Source of the DNA: an uncultured Planctomycetaceae bacterium
Lineage (GTDB): Bacteria; Planctomycetota; Planctomycetia; Pirellulales; JAEUIK01
Assembly: GCA_964495375.1 (NCBI GenBank)
Contig: CAZBWM010000012.1
Location: 11,323 to 75,322 of the forward strand
Length of the DNA stretch: 64,000 bases
Direction of reading: 5' to 3'
Below the pieces are notes generated by a model. That model was not told where the DNA came from. It was given only the letters and a program-made list of their open reading frames with translations, and did not search any database. How positions within the stretch are numbered: position 1 is the stretch's first letter; each line of letters starts with the position of its first letter. This document shows, one piece after another, positions 18,267 through 27,336 of the stretch. A program made the translations under genes and the position numbers.

Positions 18267-20120
18267 CTACTCCGGCACTGGCGTGACGACCGGAGGCGCG
18301 GCCGCCGAAGCCGCCTCGGTCGTCGTCGTTGGTGATGTTGTCGGTTCGACCGTCGGTTCGCTGACTGGCACGGTCACGGGGGCAATCGTCGGCGGCGCCG
18401 GTTGGTTCGCCGGCGGTTGCCGCGTCGTCATGTATTCGGCGACCAGACGGGCGAACTCGCTGTCGTCGGAAGCAAAAATCTCCGAGATCGCCGGACCCAG
18501 CCGCGACAGAATCTGATACTGCGCGAACTGCTGGGCACTACCGAAACCGTCGACCGCCGTCTGCAAGCCCGAGACGGTCGCCTCGTTCTGCAACTGAATG
18601 ACCGCGGCGTCAGCGCGGCCGTGGGCCAGCGTGGCTTCGGCCTGCTGGCGGGCCGCGTCGAGTGTCACTTGGGCATTGGTCAGATCCTGCCTGAGGCGCG
18701 ATTCTTCGACTTCGAGCATTTGGGTGGCCTTGGTCTTGGCCTGCACGACGCGCGTCTCGGCTTCCACTTTTTCGCGAGCCTGCTGCTTGAGCGCCTCCTT
18801 GGCCTTGAGTTCTTGTTCGGCCTGATACTGGCGAAGCCGCACCACGTTTTTCTCGCGCTCGACCCGGGCAAGTTCACGCTGCGAGATCTGATCAGAAAGC
18901 TCATCGGGAGGTCGCATGTCGGCCAAGGTCACGGCGCGGACATCGACCCCCATTTCGGTGCAGCGTGGTTTAACCTTGGAGAGCAGGGCCTTCTGCAATA
19001 CTTCGCGCGCGTTCGTCGGTTTGACGGGGGGCGTAGCGGCAACGACGGGCTGACCCTCGGCGGGCTCAGCAGCGGCGACCGGAGCGGCATCAGGCTTCGC
19101 GGCTTCGTCAGGCTTAGCGTCGGCTGGCTGCGCGGCGCCCTCGCCTGCGGGTGCGGCCGGCGGCACGATGTCCTCGGGTTCGGCGGCCGTGAGAATGAAA
19201 TCGCGGGCGTCGAAGTTGCTTCCCTCGATCCGCGCGTAGCCGCGAATGTGGGGCAGAATCACCTTCTGCAGCACTTCGTTGGCTTGCTGCTCCTCGGGGG
19301 TGCTGTCCGCCTGGTGCAAAATCCCCTCGTCGGTGATGCGGACCAACAACTGCGAGGCGCTCTCGGGCCGCACGGCGTACTCGACGACGACATAGGGCTT
19401 AATGATGAAGCCGTCGCGCGAGGGGAATTCGATGTCGCCCAACCCCACGCGATGACTGCGGATATCGATCGGATCGATCGTCTCGACGTAGGGATTGATG
19501 TAGTAAGTGCCCGGCGGCAGTGGTTTGTCCTGTACGCCGCGATAGCCCTCGGGGACGGTGTAGGGATTGCTGCGCTCGTTGGCGGCGAGCTGGCTGGGGT
19601 CTTTGCCGATCTTGAGCGTGCGCACGCCGACCTGATTGACTTTGACTTCGCGGGCCGGCACCTTCTCCCACGTGTAGGCGTAGGGGTTCAGTCGGTAGCT
19701 GCCTGGCACGAGCACTTCCTTGACGATGCCGCGTTCCTTCTTGGGCTCGTCGCGAGCGAGAATATCGCCGGCCTCGATCCGCTTGTGATCGATCGGCTCG
19801 CCGTACATCCGTGTCAACACCAGGCACTGCCCGGGCTCTACATAGAGCAGATCCTTCATTTCATAGGTCCAGAGGATCGGGTTCAAAAAGTGCCGACCTT
19901 CGGGAAGCACGTCGAGCATGACCCCCTGGTAGCTCGCGTCGCGAGCGACGATATCCCCTTCAGGAAGTGGTGTACCCCAGCGATGGATGACTACCAGGAA
20001 CTTGCCGGGGGGGACCTCGATGCGCTCGATTTCCCAGTGCCAGATTTGTTGGACGATGCCCAGGCCGACGATCAGGGCGACCAGCGTGGTCCAGAAGCGC
20101 GCTCGTTTGTAGAAAGACAC
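18267..20120 (-). CDS. SPFH (band 7/flotillin-like) domain membrane protein, paralog 2
   Basis: GTG start 20120. TM TTLVALIVGLGIV. PPGKFLVVIHRWG..GRHFLNPILW SPFH entry motif. Coiled coil (RELARVEREKNVVRLRQYQAEQELKAKEALKQQAREKVEAE). Thr/Pro/Ala-rich C-terminal tail. Confidence 0.75.
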   Translation of the reverse strand: MSFYKRARFWTTLVALIVGLGIVQQIWHWEIERIEVPPGKFLVVIHRWGTPLPEGDIVARDASYQGVMLDVLPEGRHFLNPILWTYEMKDLLYVEPGQCLVLTRMYGEPIDHKRIEAGDILARDEPKKERGIVKEVLVPGSYRLNPYAYTWEKVPAREVKVNQVGVRTLKIGKDPSQLAANERSNPYTVPEGYRGVQDKPLPPGTYYINPYVETIDPIDIRSHRVGLGDIEFPSRDGFIIKPYVVVEYAVRPESASQLLVRITDEGILHQADSTPEEQQANEVLQKVILPHIRGYARIEGSNFDARDFILTAAEPEDIVPPAAPAGEGAAQPADAKPDEAAKPDAAPVAAAEPAEGQPVVAATPPVKPTNAREVLQKALLSKVKPRCTEMGVDVRAVTLADMRPPDELSDQISQRELARVEREKNVVRLRQYQAEQELKAKEALKQQAREKVEAETRVVQAKTKATQMLEVEESRLRQDLTNAQVTLDAARQQAEATLAHGRADAAVIQLQNEATVSGLQTAVDGFGSAQQFAQYQILSRLGPAISEIFASDDSEFARLVAEYMTTRQPPANQPAPPTIAPVTVPVSEPTVEPTTSPTTTTEAASAAAPPVVTPVPE

Positions 20121-20200
20121 GGTTTAGTCCTGTCGTGGTCAGTGTTCGGTTTTCAGTGGGCAAGTTCGGCGCATCGGCAAGCGGTGAATCGAGTGGCGTG

Positions 20201-21019
20201 TTAGCCGTGGCCGTTGGTTTCGCTTTGGGTTCGTGGACGTGCGGGCGACGGCGCGGTTTCGGCAGCCGCCTTTTCTTTCAGGGTGCGATCGAGATCGGCG
20301 CGGAGCTCGGCCAATTGGGCTTCGAGCACGGCGGGGTCGATGGTCGGTTGACCGGGCACAGCCAGATCGGCGGTGTCGGCGAAGACGCGTTCCATGGCGC
20401 GGGCCGTGAGGGCTTTCTCTTGCACGAGCCCTTCGGCCTTTTGCCAATCGGCCACGGCATTGAACGGATCGAACTGGTTGGCGATCGCGTACTGCTGTTC
20501 GGCGGTTTCGGCCTCGGCCAATTGGCTGAGCAAGATGCTCCGTCCGACTTCGTACTGGCGCAGTTGCAGTTCGAGCAAGTAAAGCCGGCGGCGCGACTCG
20601 GCCATCAACTTGCGCTGCCGCTCGAGCTGCGCACGGAAGTTCTCGATCGCCATCCGCTCGAGGTTCAGCTTGTAAAGATCGGCCTGGGCGCCGAGCGCGT
20701 CTTGATGCGCGGCGTGCTCGCGAGCTTCGCGCTCAAGCGTGCCGACGCTGGCTTCGCTTTGCTCGAGGTTGCGCACGAGATCGGCCTCGGCGACTTCGGC
20801 CTGGGCGACGGCCTTGCGCACCGCAGCCACGTGCTGCTGATGCTGGCGCACGACCTGCGTGAGGATCTCTTCGGGATCGAGCCGTTTCTGGGTGACCCAT
20901 TGCCAGGCCCGCTTGACGCCGCTCCACAGCCGCCGCGGGCCAACGACCAGCATCAGCAGGATCAGCGGCAAGCCGAACAAGAGCACGAGCCGGATGATGA
21001 GTCGATCGAGAAATCCCAT
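20201..21019 (-). CDS. PspA/IM30(Vipp1)-like coiled-coil protein with N-terminal transmembrane helix
   Basis: ATG 21019 (MGFLDRLIIRLVLLFGLPLILLMLVV..) inside ORF 20201..21601. After the TM comes DPEEILTQVVRQHQQHV.., then about 200 aa of heptad-rich helix laid out like PspA (DPxxL.. helical hairpin .. FDPFNAVADWQKAE). Confidence 0.55.
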   Translation of the reverse strand: MGFLDRLIIRLVLLFGLPLILLMLVVGPRRLWSGVKRAWQWVTQKRLDPEEILTQVVRQHQQHVAAVRKAVAQAEVAEADLVRNLEQSEASVGTLEREAREHAAHQDALGAQADLYKLNLERMAIENFRAQLERQRKLMAESRRRLYLLELQLRQYEVGRSILLSQLAEAETAEQQYAIANQFDPFNAVADWQKAEGLVQEKALTARAMERVFADTADLAVPGQPTIDPAVLEAQLAELRADLDRTLKEKAAAETAPSPARPRTQSETNGHG

Positions 21020-21470
21020 GCGGGCGCTTTCACGGAGTACGGCGAACCAGCGAGGCGCACAGTGGAGCTGCTCGCTTGCGGTCGATGTGTCAAAGGTAGC
21101 TTTCCCCGATTGTAGGGGGACGCAGCCGGGCTCGCCAACTTTGCAATCCGTGCCCCGCGGCAGCGTGATGCCTAAAGTCAACATCGCGGTGCGGTTGTGG
21201 CGCGTGATGTACCGTGGCGCTGGCAGCCGCACTAGGAAGCGCGCTGCCACGACGGCCGAACTTTTGACCGCATGGCGATCGTGAGCTATCCGTTTCAGTA
21301 GCGACTGTTTTCGTCGAGGGCACTCGCCCGCGCGCCGACGCGTGATTGGTAGTTCGTCAGTGTGCGGCACGACTGTCGTGCCTTCGGGGTACAGCATCGT
21401 GCTACCGGATCGGCCGGCAGCGGCGCTGCGGTCGCTGTGTATTGAACTCCTGGAATTGAGCCGAATCCCG

Positions 21471-22010
21471 ATGCGACCTGACGACCGAATCGCGAACCGT
21501 GGAGCGCTGCGCAAGCTGCGCGTGGCCCGCGCGCGGCGCGGCGCCGTGGCGGTCGAAGCCGCGATCGTGATGCCACTGTTGATCATCATGATGTTCGGCA
21601 TTTGGGAAGTCGGCCGGCTGATTCAGGTGCAGCAGGTAATTACGAACGCCGCCCGCGAGGGGGCCCGCGTGGCCTCGGGCGGATATGTCGATGGTACGCC
21701 GGTGACCGTGGCCTACGTGCAATCGACGGTACGCAACTACATGACGGCCTCGGGGCTGCCGACCGCGGCGGCGACCGGAGCCACGGTGACGCTCACCAAC
21801 ACCAGCGCGAACACCTGGACCGATCCGGTCAACGCGCAACCGCTCGACTCGTTTCGGGTGACGGTGCTGATTCCGCAGGGCACGGCTTTCAACAGCCTGC
21901 CGTGGTCGACGGTCTACAACCTGACGGGCGTGAAGAGCTTGCAGGCGATCGTCAACTGGCGGTCGGCGAACGATACGTTGATCAACATTGATTCTTCGTT
22001 GCCGTATTGA
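21471..22010 (+). CDS. TadE-like (Flp pilus pseudopilin-type) protein
   Basis: ATG 21471 in ORF 21342..22010. RRGAVAVEAAIVMPLLIIMMFGIWEVGRLIQVQQVITNAAREGAR is the TadE N-terminal signature. Confidence 0.7.
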   Translation: MRPDDRIANRGALRKLRVARARRGAVAVEAAIVMPLLIIMMFGIWEVGRLIQVQQVITNAAREGARVASGGYVDGTPVTVAYVQSTVRNYMTASGLPTAAATGATVTLTNTSANTWTDPVNAQPLDSFRVTVLIPQGTAFNSLPWSTVYNLTGVKSLQAIVNWRSANDTLINIDSSLPY

Positions 22011-22022
22011 GGGTGAACTGAG

Positions 22023-22511
22023 ATGAACCAGCGACGCACACTCAATCGGCGTGGTTCGGCGATTGCCCGTCGCCGGAGCGGGGCGGCCATCGTCGAAGCG
22101 GCGCTGGTGTTGCCGTTCTTGATGATGTTCCTCCTGGGAGTCATGGAGTACGGCCGTTACGTGATGATGCTGCACGTATTGCAGAACGCCGCCCGTGAAG
22201 GGGCTCGCTACGCCATCGCGCATACCGAGCCGGTGGTGATTTCGGGCGTGAGCTACGGCAACACGACGACCGACGTCACCAACGTGGTGAACAACTTTAT
22301 GGCGGGGCGAACGCTCAGCAGCCAGACAGTGCAGGTGTACTTGTCCGACACGTCGGGCAACAACATCGGCACCTGGACGAACGCTCAGGGTGGGGATCTG
22401 ATCTGTGTGCGGATCAGCGGCAACTTCAATTTCATTGTTGCCAGCTTGTTACGGACCTCTAGTTCGTTGAGCGTGCAAGTGCGGTCGGTGATGCGGAACG
22501 AGGCGACTTAA
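22023..22511 (+). CDS. TadE-like protein, paralog 2
   Basis: RRSGAAIVEAALVLPFLMMFLLGVMEYGRYVMMLHVLQNAAREGAR. Starts 12 nt after the previous gene. Confidence 0.75.
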   Translation: MNQRRTLNRRGSAIARRRSGAAIVEAALVLPFLMMFLLGVMEYGRYVMMLHVLQNAAREGARYAIAHTEPVVISGVSYGNTTTDVTNVVNNFMAGRTLSSQTVQVYLSDTSGNNIGTWTNAQGGDLICVRISGNFNFIVASLLRTSSSLSVQVRSVMRNEAT

Positions 22512-22526
22512 GCGAGGAGCGATACG

Positions 22527-25040
22527 ATGCGCGGCATGCGACGTTTCACCCAACGCTCTCGACGGCGCGGCACGGCCCTGGTGCTCGTCGTGCTGGCTTT
22601 GATTCCGCTCATGGCCTTTGCGGCGCTCGCCATCGATCTGGGTTTGTTGGCCGTGGCGCGCACGCAAGCGCAGCAGGCCGCCGACGCGGCGGCGATGTCG
22701 GGCGCGCGCGTGATCAACGGCAATTCGGCGAACAACAACAATTACTCGAGCGTGACGCCGATCGCCACGGCCGCCGCGACGGCGAACTCGGTGCTGGGGA
22801 CGCAATTGCAGTCGAGCCACTTGGCGCTGCAAATCGGCCGCTACACGTACAGCAGCGCCAACAAGCGGTTCGAGGGGCAGTTTCCTGGCCCAACGGGTGA
22901 GAATTGGAGCCTCGTGAAGGCGACAATCTCGACCAACGTCAGCACCAACCTGGCCTTTGCCAAGGTGTTCAACTTTGGCTCGACCAACATGACCGCCTCG
23001 GCCATGGCGGCGCACCGCCCTCGCGATGTAGCGGTGATCCTGGATTTCTCGGGTTCGATGCGGTTCGCGAGCCTGCTCTCGACACCGATTACCGGCAACC
23101 GCTCGAGCAACCACGAGGATCCCGATTACCCGCAGTTCGGGCATTACATTTCGTCGTCGGCCGGCATATATCAGACGTCGCACTCGAGCCCTTACATCGA
23201 GCCGAATATCAGCAACACGACCAGCGACAACCGCGCGCCGGTGATTGAGGATTTCTACACGGACGCCAACGGCTCGCCGGCGTTCAGCAAGGCCCCGTCT
23301 TCGTATAAGACGAACCCCGCTGGCGACAAGCCGTTATCAGCTAGTTTCGACACGGCCTCGTATACAACGACGCTCAATGGTGTGCTGAATATCGGCTCGG
23401 TGAATAACGGAACGAAGGACGCGCAATTTGAGGCACAAGGCTACAAGGCCTATGGCATGCGCGCCTCGTTCGCGCGGTATACGCAAGGGCCCGGATACTA
23501 CGGCAAGACGTTCTTTATTTGGCCTCCAGACCCTGTCAACGGACCCGATGGCACGACGAACGATTGGCGCAAGCGCTATTTCGACTATCCCGGCACCAGC
23601 ACCGGCATGGATGACAACTCGCGTCTCTGGGACACCTCGGGCAACTGGCGCGCGCCGGCCAGTGGAACCTATTCGATCGATTACACGGCGATCCTCAACT
23701 TCATCAAGAATATCGGGCCAAATCCCTTCCCGTCGCAGCTCCGCTCGGGGCGCATCCTCTATTACGATGCGATTCCTAATAGCATCAGCAGCAGTTGGCC
23801 ACCGTCGAACCAGAACGAGCGCTTCTGGAAGGACTACATCGACTACGTGCTGGGGCTGATGCAAACCGGTAGCAGCTCGTGGCAGTTGATCGGCGGCGGT
23901 AGCAACGGCCTGACCGGCTACGGCGTCGACTACGCCTGGGGCACTATCCGGATCACCGCCAAATCGAGCCTGACGGCCTCGGGGAATCCGTCGACGACCC
24001 CCTTCATGCGCTACGACGACAATCCGAAGCGCCCGAAGTTGGGCTTCTGGTTTGGTCCGCTCTCGATGATCGACTTCTTGGGCAACTACAACTTGTGGGG
24101 GGAAACCTCCCCGTACGCAGCGCGTTACTGCTGGTGGCCCGGCACTTGCCACGAGGCGCCGATGTACGCCTGCAAGCTGGGGGTGCGCGCCGGCTTGATC
24201 GACGCCAAGGACAACCACCCCAACGACATGGTCTCGCTGATTTACTTTAGCGGCCCCAAGACCAGCACGAACGACACCGGTTCGGGACGGTTCAATCGCG
24301 TCCGGGTCGGGCTGAGCCGCAACTACGACAACATGATCGAAAGCCTGTGGTATCCCCCCAGCACAATCGGCAATGCGAACGCCACGATTCGGCCTTATGA
24401 CGCCGACAACATGGACGTGCCCCGCGCGATGGGCGCTACCTGCTACAGCATGCCCCTGATGCTGGCCTACAACCAGTTCAGCGGCAACACGAGCCTGCAA
24501 ACGTACAGCAGTGGTCAACCGACCGGCGATGCCGGAGGCAACGGTCGTAAGGGTGCCCAGAAAATCATCATCTTCGAAACCGACGGCGCCCCCAATACGA
24601 GCGCCACGGCCAGCTTCACCAACTCCGGCTCGCACAATTCGTACTACAACGTACGCTACAACTACGGTAACCCCGGAGCCAGCCAGTATCCGACGGGCGT
24701 CAGCGGCTACAGCGACAACGCCAGCACGGTGACCACGCAAATCAACTCGGTGTGCACGCAGATTTGCGCGTTGGAAACCGCTACCAACCCGGGATACTCG
24801 TCGGCCACGAAGAAAGTGCAGATCCACTGCATCGGCTTCGGCCCGCAGTTCGATCCGAGCACGTCGGGGCAGGCGACGCGCGTCGCGACGTTGAATGCCA
24901 TGCAAGTGATCGGCAACGTCAACGACGGTATGCCCAGCTACAAGCTGGTCTACGGCAACGAAACGACCATGATCAACAACATGCAGCAGGCGTTCACGAA
25001 GATTCTGCAAAACGGGATTCAAATTTCGCTGATCCAATAA
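22527..25040 (+). CDS. TadG-like N-terminal domain + von Willebrand factor A domain protein
   Basis: RBS gaggag. RRGTALVLVVLALIPLMAFAALAIDLGLLAVARTQAQQAADAAAMSGA (TadG/Flp-assembly N-terminus). MIDAS DVAVILDFSGSMRF. 837 aa. Confidence 0.75.
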   Translation: MRGMRRFTQRSRRRGTALVLVVLALIPLMAFAALAIDLGLLAVARTQAQQAADAAAMSGARVINGNSANNNNYSSVTPIATAAATANSVLGTQLQSSHLALQIGRYTYSSANKRFEGQFPGPTGENWSLVKATISTNVSTNLAFAKVFNFGSTNMTASAMAAHRPRDVAVILDFSGSMRFASLLSTPITGNRSSNHEDPDYPQFGHYISSSAGIYQTSHSSPYIEPNISNTTSDNRAPVIEDFYTDANGSPAFSKAPSSYKTNPAGDKPLSASFDTASYTTTLNGVLNIGSVNNGTKDAQFEAQGYKAYGMRASFARYTQGPGYYGKTFFIWPPDPVNGPDGTTNDWRKRYFDYPGTSTGMDDNSRLWDTSGNWRAPASGTYSIDYTAILNFIKNIGPNPFPSQLRSGRILYYDAIPNSISSSWPPSNQNERFWKDYIDYVLGLMQTGSSSWQLIGGGSNGLTGYGVDYAWGTIRITAKSSLTASGNPSTTPFMRYDDNPKRPKLGFWFGPLSMIDFLGNYNLWGETSPYAARYCWWPGTCHEAPMYACKLGVRAGLIDAKDNHPNDMVSLIYFSGPKTSTNDTGSGRFNRVRVGLSRNYDNMIESLWYPPSTIGNANATIRPYDADNMDVPRAMGATCYSMPLMLAYNQFSGNTSLQTYSSGQPTGDAGGNGRKGAQKIIIFETDGAPNTSATASFTNSGSHNSYYNVRYNYGNPGASQYPTGVSGYSDNASTVTTQINSVCTQICALETATNPGYSSATKKVQIHCIGFGPQFDPSTSGQATRVATLNAMQVIGNVNDGMPSYKLVYGNETTMINNMQQAFTKILQNGIQISLIQ

Positions 25041-25065
25041 GTCCCTCCCACCGCACGAGGCCCCC

Positions 25066-25965
25066 GTGCCCCGGCTCGCTCCCCACTCCCTCGAACTCGA
25101 GCACGTGACCAAGACGTACCGCAGCGGCTGGCTCGGCCGCCGCCGGTTGCGCGCCTTGGACGACGTCTCACTGCGCGTCAGTGCCGGGCGAACTTTCGGC
25201 CTGGTCGGGCCGAATCGCGCCGGCAAAACCACGCTCGTCAAAGTGCTGCTCTCGATCTGCCATCCCACGTCGGGTCGCGTGACCCGCTTGGGGCGACCCG
25301 CGCGCGACCGCAGCACGCTGGCCCGCGTCGGCTACGTCCACGAGCGGCAGGCCTTTCCCGGTTATCTCACGCCGGTTCAGTTACTCGAATTGTATGGTCG
25401 GTTGTCGGGAGTCGGTCGGCATCTCGTGCGCTGCCGTACTCAGGATCTGCTTGAGCGCATCGAGTTGGCCGATCGCGCGACCTCGCCGATCTCCACCTTC
25501 AGCAAGGGCATGGTGCAGCGGCTGGCCTTGGCCCAGGCACTGATTAACGAGCCCGATCTGCTGGTGCTCGACGAACCGACCGAAGGGCTTGACCTGTCGG
25601 CGCGGCGGCTCGTCTACGAAATCCTGGCCGAACGGCGCAGCAAGGGTCGCTCGGTGCTGTTGGTCACGCATCAGCTCAGCGACATCGAACGATTGTGCGA
25701 CGAAGTGGCCGTGCTCCGCGCGGGGCGCGTGGTGTTCACCGGGTCGCCCAGCTTGCTCGTCGCCCGCGACGATGCCCGATTGGCCAAGGAGCACGCTCTG
25801 CCCACCGCCGGCGCGGACAGTGCCGGTCGAAATGGCGCGCCGGCGCTCGTCGACTCGTCGGGCTGGCCCGAGTTGGGACTCACCGCCGCGCCGCACGCCG
25901 CCGACGTTGGGCAATCGGCCTTCGAATCGGCCATGCAGCATTTGTATGAGGAGGCGCCGGCATGA
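25066..25965 (+). CDS. ABC transporter ATP-binding protein
   Basis: Walker A GLVGPNRAGKTTL, signature-like FSKGMVQRLALAQAL, Walker B LLVLDEPTEGLD. GTG start 25 nt after the TadG-like stop. Confidence 0.9.
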   Translation: MPRLAPHSLELEHVTKTYRSGWLGRRRLRALDDVSLRVSAGRTFGLVGPNRAGKTTLVKVLLSICHPTSGRVTRLGRPARDRSTLARVGYVHERQAFPGYLTPVQLLELYGRLSGVGRHLVRCRTQDLLERIELADRATSPISTFSKGMVQRLALAQALINEPDLLVLDEPTEGLDLSARRLVYEILAERRSKGRSVLLVTHQLSDIERLCDEVAVLRAGRVVFTGSPSLLVARDDARLAKEHALPTAGADSAGRNGAPALVDSSGWPELGLTAAPHAADVGQSAFESAMQHLYEEAPA

Positions 25966-26975
25966 CGTCGAACTTAGCGCTGGTGACCGTCGATCAACTG
26001 GTGCGCGACACGTTTCGGCAGTCGCGCGCGCAAGGGGTCTTTTGGCTGCTGTTGGGGATCTCGGCGGTCTGCATCCTGCTGTGCGCCAGCGTGAGCATCG
26101 ATGGGGCCGTGCAGTTGGCCGGGCCGGGCGAAAACCCCGACTTTCTGCCGCGCACCGAAGCGCAGGCCCACGACAAAGAGATCCTCAAGCGCGACGGCGT
26201 GGCCGTTGTCGGCGGCGACCTGTCGCTTGGCTTTGGGGCCGTGCGGGTGCCGCTGGCGCGCGACGCGAAACATGCCGTCCACGCGCTGCAATTGGCGCTG
26301 GCCTCGGGCGTGGCCGACACGCTCGGCGTGCTCTTGGCATTGGTGTGGACCGCTGGGTTTCTGCCTGGCTTCTTGGATCGGCAATCGATCAGCGTGTTGC
26401 TGGCCAAACCGGCGCCGCGCTGGGCGCTGCTCTTGGGCAAGTACGCCGGCGTGCTGGCCTTCGTGCTGTTTCAAGGAGCGATCTTCGTCGGTGGCACCTG
26501 GTTGGCGCTCGGCGCACGCACCGGCATCTGGGATTTTGCCTACTTGAAAAGTGCTCCGTTGTTGCTGTTGCACTTTGGGATTTTCTTTAGCGTTTCGTTG
26601 TTGTTGGCGGTCTGCACGCGTAGCACCGTGGCGAGCGTGTTCGGCTCGATCGCGTTCTGGCTGATGTGCTGGGGAATGAACTTCGGCCGGCACGCCTTGG
26701 TGGCTGACGTGGCCGCCGGCAGCGGCGCCGAGTTCGGCCAACCGCTGTTGGGCATCGTCGAGTTCGGTTACTGGTTCCTACCGAAGCCGGCCGACCTGGG
26801 GATCTTGGTCCGCGACGCGCTCAAAGCACAAGACTTCTACAGCCAGCCGGCCGCCTTCGACTTCGTGCAAGCGCACGGGCAGTTCCACCCTGTGTGGTCA
26901 GTGGCCGCCTCGCTGGCGTTCATGCTGTTGATCTTCTGGGCAGCCGTGCGGCAGTTCGTGGCGACAGACTACTGA
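25962..26975 (+). CDS. ABC-2-type transporter permease
   Basis: ATGA overlap with the ATPase gene. About 6 hydrophobic segments with a large first extracytoplasmic loop. Confidence 0.7.
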   Translation: MTSNLALVTVDQLVRDTFRQSRAQGVFWLLLGISAVCILLCASVSIDGAVQLAGPGENPDFLPRTEAQAHDKEILKRDGVAVVGGDLSLGFGAVRVPLARDAKHAVHALQLALASGVADTLGVLLALVWTAGFLPGFLDRQSISVLLAKPAPRWALLLGKYAGVLAFVLFQGAIFVGGTWLALGARTGIWDFAYLKSAPLLLLHFGIFFSVSLLLAVCTRSTVASVFGSIAFWLMCWGMNFGRHALVADVAAGSGAEFGQPLLGIVEFGYWFLPKPADLGILVRDALKAQDFYSQPAAFDFVQAHGQFHPVWSVAASLAFMLLIFWAAVRQFVATDY

Positions 26976-27230
26976 GTAGTGGCTAGTGCTCAGTGGTTAG
27001 TGGTTCGAGAACACCACTCCACTGCTCAACTGATATCCTGCTCACCTTCTCGCCGGCAGGGCGCACCCCTCTTCTATAAAGTGTTCCGGGATTTTGCGTC
27101 CTAACCGTCCTAAGCCCGACAAAACAGCACCTAAAGCCTTGCCAGGTTAGCACTTGACCTTAGGACGCAAAACCGAAAAAGCTTGCGTCCTAAACCGTCC
27201 TAAGAGGGCCGTTTTGCGTCCTAAGCCTGA
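26976..27230. repeat. intergenic element B: array of TTGCGTCC-TAA(G) repeats, paralogous to 17921-18215
   Basis: TTGCGTCCTAA 27094-27104 followed by CCGTCCTAAG 27105-27114. Inverted copy cttaggacgcaaaac 27159-27173. TTGCGTCCTAAA 27183-27194 followed by CCGTCCTAAG 27195-27204. gttttgcgtcctaag 27211-27225. ACTCCACTGCTC at 27016-27027. Confidence 0.7.
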
Positions 27231-27259
27231 ATCGCGAAGCCTTGGACGATGAAGATTTT

Positions 27260-27336
27260 GACCACGGATGACACCGATCGCACGGATGGTTGAATTCGTG
27301 TTCCGTTCATCCGTGTGATCCGTGACATCCATGGTC
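27260..27336. repeat. imperfect palindromic 'CACGGATG' hairpin element
   Basis: gaccacggatgacaccgatcgcacggatgg versus the reverse complement of ccgttcatccgtgtgatccgtgacatccatggtc. Arms are roughly 80% complementary. Confidence 0.5.

Noticed and set aside
18402-20204. 600-aa plus-strand ORF opposite SPFH paralog 2 (similarly 16596..17357 opposite paralog 1)
   Set aside because: It is antisense to genes with clear SPFH signatures. Its low-complexity Gly/Arg/Leu/Asp composition suggests a GC-driven open frame.
23337-25316. 659-aa minus-strand ORF opposite the TadG/vWA gene
   Set aside because: It is a shadow ORF. The plus-strand product has TadG N-terminal and MIDAS motifs and sits in a tightly spaced operon.
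26976-27020. tRNA-like fragment (GTAGTGG..GCTCAGTGGTTAG..GGTTCGAGAAC..CCACTCC)
   Set aside because: It resembles a D-loop, a T-loop and a 6/7-bp acceptor pairing. However it is only about 45 nt, has no anticodon arm, and the T-stem needs a 10-nt loop. The similarity comes from tandem TAGTGG(C/T)TAG words, which also occur at 17926-17990 in element A.
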